Below, one piece after another: positions 1-13,129 of a DNA stretch of 64,000 bases. Under the pieces are notes generated by a model. The model did no database searches and had not been told where the DNA came from. It saw only the letters and a list, made by a program, of their open reading frames with translations. The stretch spans positions 16,988,001 through 17,052,000 of the forward strand of contig NC_087436.1 in assembly GCF_036321535.1 (NCBI RefSeq), written 5' to 3'. A program made the translations under genes and the position numbers. The DNA is from Camelus dromedarius (lineage: Eukaryota). Position 1 is the stretch's first letter. Each line of letters starts with the position of its first letter.

Positions 1-1447
1 AAAGCTTGCATTATTTATTACAACTAAATAGATAAACATGGCCCCTCTTTTCTTTCTTTTCATTTTACATGTATTCTTTAGGAGAGAATATTTGTTTTCT
101 ATATTTCTATTATTTTAAGAGAATGAGTAATAGCTCTTAAAGCATTGTTGACAAGAACATAAGGATGACTTGGGCACTATAAATAAGGTGAGTGCACTAA
201 CTACAGAAGTCTTACTCACCTTCAGAAATTGGCTCCTTGTGCTAAGAAATACCCAACTCCCTCTCCTGACTGAGTATGTTGTCCACATTTTAAATTATTC
301 TATACCCTTTAGAAGCAAAGTATAAGATGGAACCTTGTAGATCTTTCAAAGATTCTCTTTGGAATAAAGAGACTATATTTATTTTCTCTACTAACTTTAG
401 ACATATGGTCAACTGGTCAGCTCAAGTGGGTTTGGCATACTTGTAGTTCATTGGTCTGCATTGGCTCTGTAGTTGAGCGTGGCACCTAGGACATGGCTGG
501 GTTATTTATGTAGTACAAAAATTGGACGTATTTTATAGATGAGGAAATAAATACCTAAACAGGGTATTTTAAACAGATTAAATCTCTCTTATTATATTCA
601 TATAACAATCCAAGCAATCTTACTGTAGGAAGCTAAGGGTATCTTTATTAAAAACACTTCAGTTCAGCTTTATGAGATAAAAGTTACTCAGAAAACTGGA
701 TGAATGTAGTGAATTCATTTTTTTAAAAAAACATATTTATGAGAAGTAGCAAAGGCCTCAGCAGAAATTACACAATTAATATTTTAGGAGGTCTGGGGTT
801 CAGCCAGTCAGCAGTAATATGAAGTGGTTGGGTCATAAGTCACAAGTATGCTTGGATTTCATAATTGTAAGCTTTACCTCTGACTTAGTAGAAAAATTCA
901 ACTGACAACACAGAATCAAATGAAAATACTCAAACAATTTAAAAGAGAAATAATTTAAACCTAATAGGAAAGGTCAAAAGCTCTCCATTAAAATTTATAT
1001 TTGTGAATTCTCTCAAGTTAAGCTAAATAAATACCTATAATAAAGGGTTTGAAAATGCCACTGCCGTTTCTATTGCCAAATTTCTTAGCCTAGCATTTGA
1101 AGCAAAATTTGCAGGTCTGGGTTTTGCATGATAATCACTGCAAAACACTGTGGAAACCTCCTATTTCTAAACCATTTCCTCTCCTTTCTTTCACATTTCT
1201 ATGCACCAGCCCACCCCACCCTCCCAACCACTATAAACTATTTACTTGTGATTTCTAAGGGAAGTTGATCAATTAGAATAAGAGGACTTGATTTATATTT
1301 TCTGTTAAGTAGAGCTCAGATTCCCCTGAAACTAAAAGGTTGATCAGTCAGTGTTGACAACCACAGTATGTGTAAGTGACTTTTTTGGAATGGTCTTAGC
1401 TTTTTAAATAGTTTTATGACTTATTGTGGTGTATGATTATAAAGTCA

Positions 1448-1577
1448 TAAGAGCAGAGGTGACGTCTGTCTTGTGCACTAGGCATCCAGCACCTAGCATG
1501 TATCTGGCACAAAGGAGGTGTGTACTAAATACTGGTCGAGTAAGTGAATGAATGCATGCATGGATGAATGAGTGAAA
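1448..1577 (+). mobile_element. L2 LINE 3' end fragment
   Basis: Contains cagcacctagcatgtatctggcaca...taaatact and ends in a (TGAA)n-like tail, the typical L2 3' terminus. Confidence 0.75.
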
Positions 1578-1641
1578 GTAAAAAGCAGTAAACAATTATT
1601 AAGAGGGCTACTGAAGTCAAGACCATAGTATTCGGAACTAG

Positions 1642-1960
1642 TATTTATTTATTTCATCAAATATTGAGTACTCACTAGGTGTCAGGCACTATGTTAGCTC
1701 CTGGGGACACAAAGGGAAGAGGAAAGACACCATCACTACCCTATTGTAATGCATAATCCAGTGCAAGATACAGAGGATTGTAGCACATAATAACAGGGGA
1801 TGACAGTGTGCCATGGGAGCACAGAGATGTGTCACCAGACCCAAGCTGGAGGTCTCACGAGATATATTTGTGGAAAAAGTGATATATAAGCTGCTATCTG
1901 AAGAAAGAATGGGATTTAACTCAGTGAAACTGATGCAGGAAAAATGTATGTGGGGCGTGA
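1642..1960 (-). mobile_element. L2 LINE fragment
   Basis: ttcatcaaatattgagtactcactaggtgtcaggcactatgttag is the reverse-orientation L2 3' end, followed by degenerate L2 body. Confidence 0.7.
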
Positions 1961-1970
1961 GGAGGGCCAT

Positions 1971-2556
1971 GTCTCAGGCTTCAGTTGAGCCCCAGGGACG
2001 TGCCCTGCCAAATGTGGGTCCTTGGCTTTGCACAGGAAAGAATTCAAGAGCGAGCCATAGTTTTGTAAAGCTAGATTTATTCAGAGAGATACATTGAAAG
2101 GCAAGAGAGAGGCCACGAGATGTGGGGATTGGGTGCTCAGATTAAAAAGTACGTACACACTCTAGTGTGGCCATCTCCCAAGAGGAAGAGAGAGAGGGCA
2201 GTGGCCGCTAGGTAACGTGTTGCCAGTTTTTCTGGGCTTGGTGGCTTCATATGCTAGTAAGTGGAAGGATCAGTCTAACTAGCCTGGGGAAAGGGCTGGG
2301 ATTCCCAGGAAGTTGGCCATTTCTCACTCTTTGACCTTTTGTGGCTAGCCCTGGGACTGTCATGGTGCCTGCAGGCATGTTATGAACCATGTTAATACAA
2401 TATGATGGGCGTATAATGAAGCTCAAGGTCTACCAGAAGTCAAATCTCCCACCATCTTGAGCCTCAAGGCTTACTGGGAGTTGAATCTTCCACCATTTTG
2501 GTGTTAATTGCTGCTTCATTCCTTGAATGGCTGTGCCTTGCCCACTTCTTGTCTCA
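1971..2556 (-). mobile_element. Solo LTR, ERV1-like, relatively young
   Basis: About 585 bp and GC-richer than its flanks. The minus strand starts TGAGACAAGAAGTGGG and has an AATAAA (tttatt near 2077). A 4-bp direct repeat CCAT flanks it (1967-1970, 2557-2560). It contains the ERV1-type motif cttggctttgcacaggaaagaattcaagagcgagcc. Confidence 0.8.
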
Positions 2557-2560
2557 CCAT

Positions 2561-3010
2561 CACCCCAGTCTAATCATGAGAAAAACATCAGACAGATCCA
2601 AACTGAGGGACCTGCTGTAAAATACTTGACCAGTGCTACTCAAAGCTCTCAAGATCATGAAAATTAAAAGGTTAAGAAACAATCACAAACAAACCAGATG
2701 ATACTAAAGAGATAACAAATAAATGCAATATGTTATCCTGGATTGGATCCAGGAGCAGAAAGATAATATTAATGAAAAGAACTGGTGAAATTTAAATGAA
2801 GTCTAAAATTTAGTTTTTGGTAATATACCAATATTGGTCTCTCAGAGCTGACAAATACATCCTGATAATGGAAGATGATAACAGCAGGGAAAACTGAAAC
2901 TAAGTGAGGGGCATTCAGGAACTCTCTGTACTTTCTTTGTAACTCTTCTATAAATCTAAAATTATTCCAAAATAAAAAAGTTATTAAAAAATTTGTTTTA
3001 AAAGAATGAA
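2561..3010 (+). mobile_element. L1MC-type LINE-1 3'UTR fragment
   Basis: ccccagtctaatcatgagaaaaacatcagaca...aaactgagggac and a terminal aactctctgtact...taaatctaaaattattccaaaataaaaaag, as recalled for L1MC 3' ends. Confidence 0.8.
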
Positions 3011-3059
3011 AAAATAATATATGCTAAGATATGATTGATTTGGAAATAATACTTGTAAA

Positions 3060-3750
3060 ACCTGGGAAATAAATTTAAATTCTATACTATACAAAAAATC
3101 TTTTAAATTGATAGGAAAAAGACAAATAACTGAGTAGAAACATAGGCAAATGATATTATGTATAAGGAATTTCCTAGAGGAGCAAGTTCACATGACCAAT
3201 TAAACATGCTCAACCTCACTGGTAGTCAGGGCCATGCAAATTAATATGATGATGAGATATCTCTTTCACCTATTAGGTTGTTAAAAATTAAAAAGTGGTA
3301 ATATCTGGTGCAACTGGGGATTCCAAGAACATGGCATTCTTATATATTGCTGGTGGCAATTTTGTTCTATTCTTTGTGGAATTCATTTTGGCAATATGTT
3401 AGAATATAATATGCATACATTATCCTAGCAAGCAGACTCTTGTAAAATTATTCCATAAAAATAGAAGTCAGTGTAAAATAAGAATGCATATTGCAGGGGT
3501 TTTTGTAGCAAAAAAAAAAATACTGAAATGAAATCAAAATCTATAAGACAGGAATGATGAAAAAAACTGAGGTACATTAATACCAAGATCTCAAAAATGA
3601 CCATTATCAATGAATTAGAACTAAGCATAGGAGGTTTTCCAGAGTGCATTATTAAATAACAAGAGGCATATATGAAGAAATATACAAAATTTGTAAAATG
3701 ATTGCATTTTGTAAATTTAGTAGTGATATACATAAGATATATATACATTT
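3060..3750 (+). mobile_element. Ancient L1 (L1ME-like) ORF2 end/3'UTR fragment; appears to continue at about 5090-5370
   Basis: aaacatgctcaacctcactggtagtcagggccatgcaaatt...atattgctggtgg is degenerate L1 ORF2 C-terminal sequence. Confidence 0.65.
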
Positions 3751-3789
3751 CTATATCTATCTACCTATATATATATATTATTTATTAAA

Positions 3790-5085
3790 TGTGATAGTGT
3801 CAAGGGAATGCAATAAGGAAATAAGTTTTACTTTTCTTCAACGATGACCAAATAGACTTTCTTGGATGTTCCTTGTCTCTGGATTACATCTTGATTCAGA
3901 TCTCTTGGCTGTTCCAGCATTTTTGTTTTTGTTTTTTTTTTTTTTTTGTTTAGATAATTTAAAAAACCCAGTCTAACCTAATATCAAAACTTCAATCTCT
4001 CAACCAATTCAAATCTCCCTTGCCCCAGCTCAAGCTGGACCCTTGCTTCTGCAAAGCAGTGGTAGGAAGATGAGAAGTGATCCAATGTTATATATTCTTT
4101 CCCTGTTCTATCTTGTTCCCTTGCTGCTTCTGATTCTTCCAGTGCCGGAGCAGGCAGGAGAGATGAGAAGCAACCCGGCAAAAGCTGATGCTCTCTGGAG
4201 TTCTTTTTTGGCTCCTGTTTGCCTGCTGTCTGTTATGACAGATGTCCAGCTGCTGCTCGCTCCTCTTGAGAATGCATTTGTAGATTCTTTAGTGGCCCCC
4301 TGCCCCAGGCACCCTGGTGCTATTGTGGCCTTTTATACTCCACCTTTTCCTAATTTGAGTGATTCACTTTTGGTCTATCCTTTTATTATTTTCTCTTAGT
4401 TCCTTTCCAAAAGGATTTACACTTTGGATCCTCTCCTTCTGCCAGACACCCTTTATGGCACCACTTGACTTACAGAAAACTTACCCTCTGGCCCCACCTC
4501 CATGGAAATATACTTTACTCCTGTTGCAGTCTTCTTTCCTTATTCTGTCAGGAGAATTTTAGCAGCCTCTGTTTTTATGGTGTATTCCCCCCTAAACTCT
4601 TGTAGGACTATCTTGTATTCTCAGAAGTCTTTTGTAATAGAAGTAGACATAATATTGGTTGGGCTGATGAGTTTCCTTAGGTCAACAAGCATCCAGTCAG
4701 AAAATGACAAGGCTGAATCTTCTTTTGCAAGCCTCCTTTAATCTTCCTAAGGATTTTATTGTTTTTATTCCTCACTCCCTACTCTTGCACTTGGTAAGTG
4801 GGAAGATAGCATCCCCTCCTCGATTAGGAAGAGGAAATGCTGGTTCACTCTCAGGCCAACATTCTTCATATAAATAAATATTCACACGTAGGCTCAAGTT
4901 GGGGGATGACTAAGATTCACAGGCCCAATTTTGTTCCCCTCTTAATAAGTCATGCGAAAACGTGTTCAGGACATCTCTTTAAAAATCTTTCGAAAGCTTC
5001 GGTACTTATCACTTACCCACCTTCTGTTCAGGGTTTCAGTCCACTCTGAGTACAGGGACAATCCCATTAAGCATCCTCTTATACA
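3790..5085 (-). mobile_element. Probable old solo LTR (about 1.3 kb) interrupting the L1ME fragment
   Basis: TG...CA termini (tgtgatag at 3790, cttataca ending 5085). Composition differs from the L1 sequence on both sides. AGTAAA lies near the minus-strand 3' end. Confidence 0.45.
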
Positions 5086-5679
5086 AAAAATTGTACATAA
5101 TAGTATGAATATGGAAAAAAGTAACAACCAGATCCTTAATATTGATTTTCAGGATGGAAAATGGAGATGTGAGAGAGAACAAGTACATACACAATAAGGA
5201 CAGTATTTTAGAACAAGAGCCCATATAGTTGTGGAGAGATGAAAGAGAGGAAGGTCAGCAGCAGACTTTATGGTGGTGATCTTGGATGGTGTGATTTCAG
5301 GTGACTTATATTTGCTTCTTTATACTGTTCTTTATAATAGTATTTCAAATATGTTTTTATATGATCTAGTAAAAACTACAGAGCTGTCTTTTTAAAAAAT
5401 ACAAACTTTAGAAAACTTAAAATGAAACAGATATCTTACTTCAGAACTTTTCAAAGCCTGATACTATATTAATTGGGAATGTCCAAGAGTATTTGTCAAG
5501 ATGATGTGACTACAGAATTCCCCTTCTTTAGTGGGGCACATCTTTAAGAAATGCTGCTTCATTAGATGTTTCAAAGAAAGATTATTTTAAAATTATATAT
5601 AAGTCATTGGTGTTCTGTGACTTTGGGAATTTTTGTTAGTAATATATTCAGAAATATCAGTGATGTGCCTGTTATCCCC

Positions 5680-5812
5680 TTTCCCCCATTACAATATAAA
5701 CTCCATGAGATTAGGAATCTGAGCGGCCATGTTTATTACTATAGGTCCTCATTTAGAATCGTACCTGATGCACAATAGGTAATCAGTAAATGTCTGTTTG
5801 ATGAACAAATTG
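5680..5812 (+). mobile_element. L2 3' end fragment
   Basis: aatataaactccatgag...tagaatcgtacctgatgcacaataggtaatcagtaaatgtctgtt. Confidence 0.7.
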
Positions 5813-5819
5813 ATGATTT

Positions 5820-8100
5820 TTCTATATCATTCTTAGGTTGTTTTGTGCTTATTTGGAATTATTGAATTGCTGAGTGAACCATTTTTAGGCTTTTGATTCT
5901 TGCTGTCAGATACCTCTCCAGAAAGACTAACAATTCATATGTTACCACCAGCTATGTATGAGAATATCTATTTCTTCTTATCCCGGCCATCTTGGGGGTA
6001 GTATCATGCTTTCTCATTATTTCTCATTTGATAGATGAAAAATGATTTCACAGAATTGTGTTAAGTTGTCTTATTCAGTTGCTAGTGCATCTTTTCTCAT
6101 AAGCTTCATACTATCTGAAATTCTCCCTTTTTAATGATCCATTTGAGTCATTTGCTAATTTGTTTAATTTGTGTGGTAATCTTTTTCTTAATAATTTGGA
6201 TATGTTTTTATATATTAAGACTAATAGCTCTTTTTCTGTCACAAGTCCAGATGCTTTTTTCCCCCCAATTTGATGTTTATTTTTTAATTTAGATGGTGTA
6301 GGTGTTTTGAAATAAGCTCTCTCAGTTCTTTCCAGTCTATAATATTTTGTAGTTCCTCAGTGTTTCTGGCCTGCTACAGAATTTTTTTTTTTTTTTTTGG
6401 TATTTTGTTGGTCATTTCAGTTTTTTATTTATTTATTTTTTCCTGTGGCTCACCTCTTGGTTGGCTGGTGTAAGCCTTCAAGTAATATTTATAGAAAAAA
6501 TATCTAATAGTCAAGATTTTGAGCTCTAGTGCTGAGAGAATCTCTCCTTTGTATTTACATACGACCTGTAATTTGGCTGCACATCAAAATCTTGGGTTAC
6601 AGTTATTTTCTCTAAAAACTCTGCAGGTGTCATTTCATTTTCTTCTAGCACTTAATAATTGGTAGAGAAATTCTGAAGCCACCTTAATTCCCCTCTCTCC
6701 TCAAACTACCTCAATCTGGGTAATTAGGGAGTTTTTGTCTCTGAAATTTAAAAATATTGTTGCCTTATAGCCATGTATTTTTTTTTTCTGCATTAGTTTT
6801 CTTGTTTTGTTTTTAGTAACCCCTTTAGATATGCACATGCAGGCATTCCTATAGATCAGGAAAGTTATTTTTAATTCAATTATTTATTTTTATTTGTATT
6901 CAGATTTTTCCTGGTATCTTTAGGAACATATAGATGTCTATTGGACACTGATTTTAGAGCCTTTTTGCTTGCTTGGAAATTTTCTCACTTCTGTCCCCTA
7001 CATGATGAATTCAAATTTTCTGTAGTGCCGATTTTACTATTCGTTGCTCCTGATGCATATTTCAATTCTGCAATTGCATTTCTTCAGTTTCTCTTACTTC
7101 ATTGTGATCTTTTTTCTTCTATTTCTCAGCCTGTTGTTTTGTTATTTTATTTTTTATCTCTGGGCTCAGAATCCATTTTTTCCTTGAATTTTATTGTGGT
7201 CACAAAGTTGGTATATTTACAAACTTGACTTTTGTTTTTTTAATAATAAGTTATTTTGACAAAAGTCTCTCTCTGTCTTATTCTGTATATCTATTTCTTT
7301 AAGCATGTATATACTTTTAAAAATTATTCATTTAACAGAAGACTATTCAGGGATAGTAATTGCCCATAAATAGCTTGATAGGTTCTTATTGTCTAAACTG
7401 TACCATTAAAATCCTTTATAATATCTTGAGATTTTTGATCAGTGGACAACATTTACTTAACCAGTGATCTAACAGCCTAAGGTGAATTGAGGGAACTAAA
7501 GTTACAGGAAGTTCTATAAATTTATTATAAGAACCTTCCCCTATAGCTAACAAGGGAACTTCCTTATAGAGCAGTTTCTTCTTTATTAATGAATCTGCTG
7601 TATTGGGAATTGGCTTCAGGATGATGTGTTTTCTTGGGGCTCTCAGCCTTATACGCAGATCAGCCTTCCAGGTCCTGCTGCTGCTCCACTCATCTGTTGA
7701 TGACTGCAGCCCAAGTGCAGCCTACCTGGGCCAGTGATCTCCTAGCAGCAGACGGGACTCTAAACGGGTGCTCCATATTGGCCATGTGCCAACTGTGAGT
7801 CCGGTATTTCCTCTTCAAAGTTAACTGGTGTTGGTGGGTTTCTGCATGCATTTTCTTCCTCCTGGCTGATTCTGAGCTTTCCCAAAAGGAGAATTTGGAA
7901 ATCATCTCTCAGTCCCATCTTCAGTATGATCCATCTGTACTATAGTTTATGTAGTTTGCTAAAATATGTTATCTTGTTGGTGGATTTTCACATTGTTGAT
8001 CAAATTTCCTGCTATCTTTAGTTTTTTTGCAATCTTTGGGTCATTTCAGTAGGAATCTGGAGTAATGAATGGGTAAATGCCTTTCATTTTACCAGGAATT
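5820..8100 (-). mobile_element. Highly decayed ancient L1 (L1ME-like) fragments
   Basis: T-rich antisense L1 motifs such as ctccagaaaga..aacaatt...ccaccagctatgtatgaga and ttggctg...aaaatcttgggttacagttattttctct. Confidence 0.55.
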
Positions 8101-8197
8101 TTCTTTTTTAATATCTAGATAGCTGCAGTTTCTTTTGCAATTTCTGAAAAGAGTTTCTTACCATTCTGATTAACTTCTAGAATCATGCAGATTGGTT

Positions 8198-8530
8198 TTA
8201 TTCATCAAACACTGAATATTTTTTGTGTTTCCAATGCCCAGGATATTGACATGAATTTAAATACAAATATCCTTTCTTCAAGATAGTCACAGTCTGGATG
8301 TCTGAACAGCAAGTAAACAACTAGTTTACAATGCTGTGTGATTAGTTCAATCACTCAGGTAATGGGAAAAATATTTCAGCAGCTCCTTGTGGAAGGCATG
8401 CTAGAGGATATCATTGTTAAGTAAAACTGAGATTTGATGGAAATGTAGAGGCTTTTCTGTTGGCCAATCCAGGGAGGGCAGGGGAAAGTCATTGCCAACA
8501 CAAGTAATAACCAATGCAGAAGCCCAAAGT
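8198..8530 (-). mobile_element. L2 fragment
   Basis: ttattcatcaaacactgaatatt...tcaagatagtcacagtctgg is reverse-orientation L2 3' sequence. Confidence 0.55.
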
Positions 8531-11500
8531 ATGAAAGTAAAGAACTTCAAGTATCTTATGCTAAATAAATCTAAGTAGATTTTTGTCTTCTAAAAGTGGA
8601 TAACCATGACTCCATGTCTTCTTTCAAGTCACTGAGAAACAAAACTGCTAATGGAACGAACCCAGTGGCATAGAACAGAGTGGCCATATGGGTTGTTATT
8701 TCATTGTTCTGTACCTTTCTACATCATGTTCCATCCTATCATGTGATTTTGTTGAATATTTTAATGAAATCAGGTCCATGAATGTCTGAGACATTCTTCT
8801 ACTCTTCTAATAGAGAAATAGTATCAAACAAAATTGATTTGATTTGAATTTTCTTACTGACCCTAGTTAGACTTCTTTGATTTCCAACCTTTTCCCCCTA
8901 AATATATACAAGCCATCTGCTCAAAAACCTGTCTCATAATTTTATCTTGAGATTAATGTCAACGTTTCTATGGTTTCTGGAATCTATCCTTAAAATAAAA
9001 GAGAGAAGACACCTTTTGCCTATCTTAGTCTTTTGGTGCCTTTTCAAGTTTGTATGGCTTCTGAAAGTTAATTCAAGAGAGTATGTGTTCATATCTGATG
9101 ATGCTTTTAGCCATTTCTGATTCGTCATTGGATCTGAATATTTTAACTCTTTTTATATACTTAAATGTTCTTTTAATGCCTTCTCAGTTATCCTAAGCTT
9201 CAATTCACTACATCTAACAGAAGATTATTTTCATTCCTTCCTAGATGAATATAGAGAGAGGGTTTATATTATCTAAAAGATACTAACTTAAACCTGCATG
9301 TGGCACTTTGCTGGCTTAAGTCATAAATAATCATGCAGACCTCTACAAGGGCAAAATGAAAAGTGTTTCCTCTGGAGGGATATCTCCCTTTATTGATAGT
9401 TGAGACTGTTCTCATTTAATCATTCTTTATTGTTATCTAGGATTCTTTACCTTTCAAACTGAAAGAAAGGTCATTGAAACAAAATTTCTTAACCGGCTTG
9501 TATTTGTACAATTGGATTTGGACAAAATAGGAGTTTATTAATTGGTTGTTCATTTAAACTGCTTTTTCCCAGAGAGGGTTTGGAAGGTCTGCTGCATTGA
9601 GGCTGTTACCTTAGGTCAGCTGAAAAGAGAGCACCATGTTCTCAGGATGGAGTGAGTTTCAGGAAGTTGTTGAGCAAGGAAGTTTTAGACAGAAGAACTT
9701 ACATAGTCTTAGGGTGATTTCTGAAACACTTTTTTATTCCCCTGGTTCAAATATGCAAACAAAAATTACATTCTGAAGTAAATTCTATTGACTCTCTATC
9801 CAATGTTTTGGTCAACCTACATTTCCTTTCTTCAGTATCGTGGATGATGGAGTAGACATCTTGAATTTATTTCCAAGCTACCACTTTAATTAGTATCACA
9901 TTACTGTGACATGAAGTTGGATTTTTAAAAATCATGCCTTTAAGAGCTTTTATTTCTTGCCTGCAGGGTATACAGCTGTTACTTAGATAATAAATAAGGA
10001 CTATTTCTATAAAAAAAAAAAAAAACCAAAAACTCAGGTAGCAATTTTTGCTTTGCTGAGGTAAGCTGTTAGTCATCTGCCTCCAAAGAGTAATCAGCTA
10101 GATTTTAAGTATTGCTGTGTCTTTCTGGTTTTACAATATATTTGATTAGCCAATAAATATAGGTTTAGTATCTTTCCAAATTAGAGTTACTGTGTTTGCA
10201 TTCTTCTTTACTAAGGCAAATTATTTTTTCCTAATATTTTGATGAAAAAATACTGTTTCCTTGAGAAAATCAAACAACACTGGAGATTGTACTATGTTAT
10301 TTCTAGAAAAAGTAGCAGGTATATGCACATGTATATTTTAATTTACAGAGTAATATATGATAGATGAGTACTTTCACCTAACATTTCCCATTCTTTGTAT
10401 AGCATCCTCCCTTCCCCTGTTCTATTTCTCAGGAGCCAGAATTGTGTTTGAGTTTTAGGGACTTTGAGAGAGTTGAATATATGTTTTTCTCCACTCATTT
10501 GAAAGGGATAAATAAAGTGTCAAACTATTTCTGGCTAGATACCACTTGTAAAAGCTGTTCTCTAAATACCTAACTCTGCTGGTAAATCCCAGCTATTGAA
10601 CAGATTGAACTTTGTGGGGAACGTTTATTTTTGTTTCTTTCTTCATTCACCACCTTCAAACATGCTCCTTTTCTGTCTTTAACAATTTCTCAGGCAGAGC
10701 CATAGTTTTCTTGTTCTTTCACATATTAAAAAAAAATCCAATACCATCTATCCCAGTGCAAAAATTCAGTTTTGTTTCTTCCATGTATCCCACCCCTTTC
10801 CAACCCAGCCAGACAGGTGTTGGCTGGAAACATGGGTGGGAAGGGAGCATGACCTGTGCCTTCCTTCATCCTCTCAGCTGGGCCCTCTTCTCTTTCTCTT
10901 TCTCTTCTAAAGCCATCAGAGTTGGAGCAGGGAGCAGAGAGGGAGAGAACTGGTGGTGGGAGGACTAAAGAAAAGGCATGAAGATTTTTTTTGTTACTTA
11001 ACTGTCTTCTAGTCGCTTGTTCTCTCATGAGTTGTGTGTACCCTTCACAGCACCCTGTGAGACCATCCCTAGTCGAGTTTCCTGATAGAGGAGATGATTC
11101 CAGCATGGCCTCCTCTTAGTTTCTGCCCTGCTCCACTGTACAGTTCAGAGCCCCTGGTTGCTGGGACCACCTTGCTCAGGAGGCTGCCCTCTAGGTTAAA
11201 ATAATTGCAAGCAGCCCATTGCCTGGCTACCTTCCGTGGTAAAGGTGATCTGCCAGAACATGAAACCCTTGCCACACCAAATAATGGAAGTGGTGGCAGC
11301 TCCCAACTCTGACCCCTGCTTATTCTGCTAGTTCCCCAGTTCCTTTCCCTTTGGTCCAGTTGTCACAGAGAAAATGTGCTGCATGAACAGAGATAGAATG
11401 TTGGTCTGTCTTTCTTGCAACCTGTCTTTTTATGGGTCATCACTTGGCTTTGGTGGGTAAGAGCCTATTTCTTCCCTTATGGAGGGAGGAGAGGACAAAC

Positions 11501-12579
11501 CAATTCCTCTAGAGCACTGGTTCTTTGCTCCACATACTCTACTTTACATTCCTAGTCTTCTGCTCCAATAGTGTTCTGTTTAAACAGGGTGGGCCTTGAG
11601 GGAAGATGGGATATGGGCCAGTTCTAACTTCTTTTAGGAAGTAACTCAAGGGTATGTCAGGGATTGTGTTTAAAAATGTGGTATTTTATTGCACCTATGA
11701 TATTCAACTTTAGATCATTAATCACAATTTGGTAATAGTAGAATAAAAAACCATTCAATACCATGTGGGAATAACAAGTAGATTTGTGAACCAAAAAGAA
11801 AAAAAAATTGAGAGAAATTGCAAATCAGAGTATACAAACAAACTTGCAATTGATAGTGATATATAGGACTTTTTGGTAGTTGTATTCTTTTCAAAAGGGA
11901 AATAAAACTTCAACATTATTTTTCCCTCTAGTAACGTTTCAGGAAAATATGACATGTCCCTCATAATATCTGGCCTTCTGGGGTGGAAATGGAGGATTCA
12001 TTTTGCCAAAGATAACCTGTGCCAAAAAGCCTTGTGGCTTTTCTCTTGTCCATCCTGAGAAGCCTTTCAAGCCCAGGCCCCCTCTGAGTTCCTCCAGTTC
12101 CTCCTCCCAGGAAGCTCAGGACCCAGTTTAGAAGGTAGAAGCTGCCATCACTTACAGTTTTATCACTTGGCATTTCATTCTCTGAAAGACTGACTGGAGA
12201 ATGGGATATACTTTCTTGCCCCTCTTTTTACAACTTACTAGGATAATGTCATAGTTCTTTCTAACTTAAAATTTTTAGTTATTCTAACCAAAAAAAAAAA
12301 AAAAAAAAAGGAGACAAAGGGGAAAGACTCTACCAAGGCTTTCTGAACACTTCTCACTCCACCCCTTCAGAACTTGCAGAACTTGTTTCCTTTCTTTGGC
12401 TCCCCAGTATTACTTAAAGGATTTTTATTGCAATGTTTGTTTCCATTTCTTCTACTAGACAGTGAGCATTTTGGGAGCAAATATCTTATTTGCCATTATA
12501 TTTTGGGCACTATAGGAGGCCTTAGTAGGCTTTGAAGCTTGATAAACATTTGATGAATAAAGTAGTGAATGATCACCAG

Positions 12580-12745
12580 GGATATTGCCCTGTAATTTCT
12601 TTTTCTTGTAGTGTCCTTGCCTGGCTTTTGTATCAGGGTAATGCTGGCCCCATAAAATGAACTTGAAAGTGTTTCTTCCTCTTCAGACTTTTGGAAGAGC
12701 TTGAGAATGATTGCTATTAATTCTTCTTTTAATGTTTGATAGAGT
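12580..12745 (-). mobile_element. L1 ORF2 reverse transcriptase domain fragment
   Basis: ORF 12496..12780 contains [55 protein letters not shown], the conserved L1 ORF2p segment ending in the NYRPISL motif. Confidence 0.92.
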
Positions 12746-12764
12746 TCAAAAAAGTTGGCATAAA

Positions 12765-12950
12765 AGTTAAAGGCATACACTTTGGAGGCAGATCGATTCA
12801 GTTTTAAATCCTAGCTCTAATGTATATCAGCTGGGTTGTCACCTTACTGCTCTGAACCCCAGTCTTCCCACCTGTAACATGAGTTTGTGGGAGATTTAAA
12901 CAAGGAAAGCTCTTAGACTAGTGCTGAGCTCACATTTTATGTGTTAGCTA
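12765..12950 (+). mobile_element. MIR SINE
   Basis: tttggaggcaga...taaatcctagctct...ctctgaaccccagtcttcccacctgtaacatg matches the MIR core. Confidence 0.75.
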
Positions 12951-13129
12951 TTCCTTTCTAGTGATTACTTATACATTTGTCTCTCTGTGTCATAGTAGGT
13001 TATAAGCTATTAAAAGGCAATGGCAATGACAGTATTCATGGTGTATTGTAGACACTGCTTGATGCAGATCAGAAACATGAAAGCTGTGGACTTAAATCCT
13101 GTAGAAGTTTTCCCCTTTCCCTGTGTTCT

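Noticed and set aside
3921..3950. Poly-T tract as the tail of a processed pseudogene
   Set aside because: No matching TSD found and no mRNA-like ORF on the minus strand. It lies inside the presumed LTR.
4660..4710. CTGATGA...GAAA as a hammerhead ribozyme core (also CTGATGA near 25891 and 46386)
   Set aside because: The required stems and cleavage-site geometry cannot be formed.
12496..12780. Reverse transcriptase-like ORF as a functional gene or novel RT system
   Set aside because: It is an isolated fragment of about 55 aa of ordinary L1 ORF2 without the catalytic motifs.
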